A stretch of 24,000 nucleotides of DNA from Pseudomonas sp. MRSN 12121 (GTDB lineage Bacteria > Pseudomonadota > Gammaproteobacteria > Pseudomonadales > Pseudomonadaceae). The stretch lies in the NCBI RefSeq assembly GCF_000931465.1, contig NZ_CP010892.1, positions 2,479,388 through 2,503,387 of the forward strand. Reading direction: 5' to 3'. Position 1 is the stretch's first letter; each line of letters starts with the position of its first letter. The notes under the pieces were generated by a model. The model did no database searches, was not told the origin of the DNA, and was given only the letters and a program-made list of their open reading frames with translations. The position numbers and the translations under genes are program-made. Positions 23,457-24,000 of the stretch are shown in pieces.

Positions 23457-24000
<544 letters not shown>

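Overview
This is a high-GC chromosomal window that looks like Pseudomonas (it carries REP-type palindromes), with about 22 protein-coding genes. Ordinary content: the tail of a carboxynorspermidine decarboxylase plus a saccharopine-dehydrogenase-family synthase (polyamine pair), an E. coli-like Cys-rich (Zn-type) hemB, a FAD monooxygenase, a LysE exporter, two lipoproteins, a NUDIX hydrolase, a PaaI thioesterase, a GST, a DUF3144 protein, a divergent lysA-lysR pair, an MFS transporter, a secreted hypothetical protein and a partial thiolase. The standout locus lies at 9.2-17.8 kb. Divergent rtcR (sigma-54 activator with GAFTGA) faces an AT-rich control region carrying an IHF site and a -24/-12 promoter. 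That promoter drives rsr (Ro60-like TROVE+vWA), then a 689-nt non-coding spacer, then rtcB, a HEAT-repeat protein, a Pol-beta-type nucleotidyltransferase and rtcA. The spacer holds five tandem Y-RNA-like modules. They share one helix/loop architecture with compensatory changes between copies. Four carry a tRNA T-arm, and three carry a complete circularly permuted tRNA-like domain (T-arm, then loop-capped acceptor, then D-arm). Two end in helix+U6 terminator-like tails. A second oddity is a small secreted protein at 6676-7155 built from 10 near-identical 13-aa (39-bp) tandem repeats, each ending in RR/KR. A perfect 17-bp palindrome sits in the spacer of its putative promoter. All family assignments come from reading motifs and recalling homolog sequences; no database search was run.
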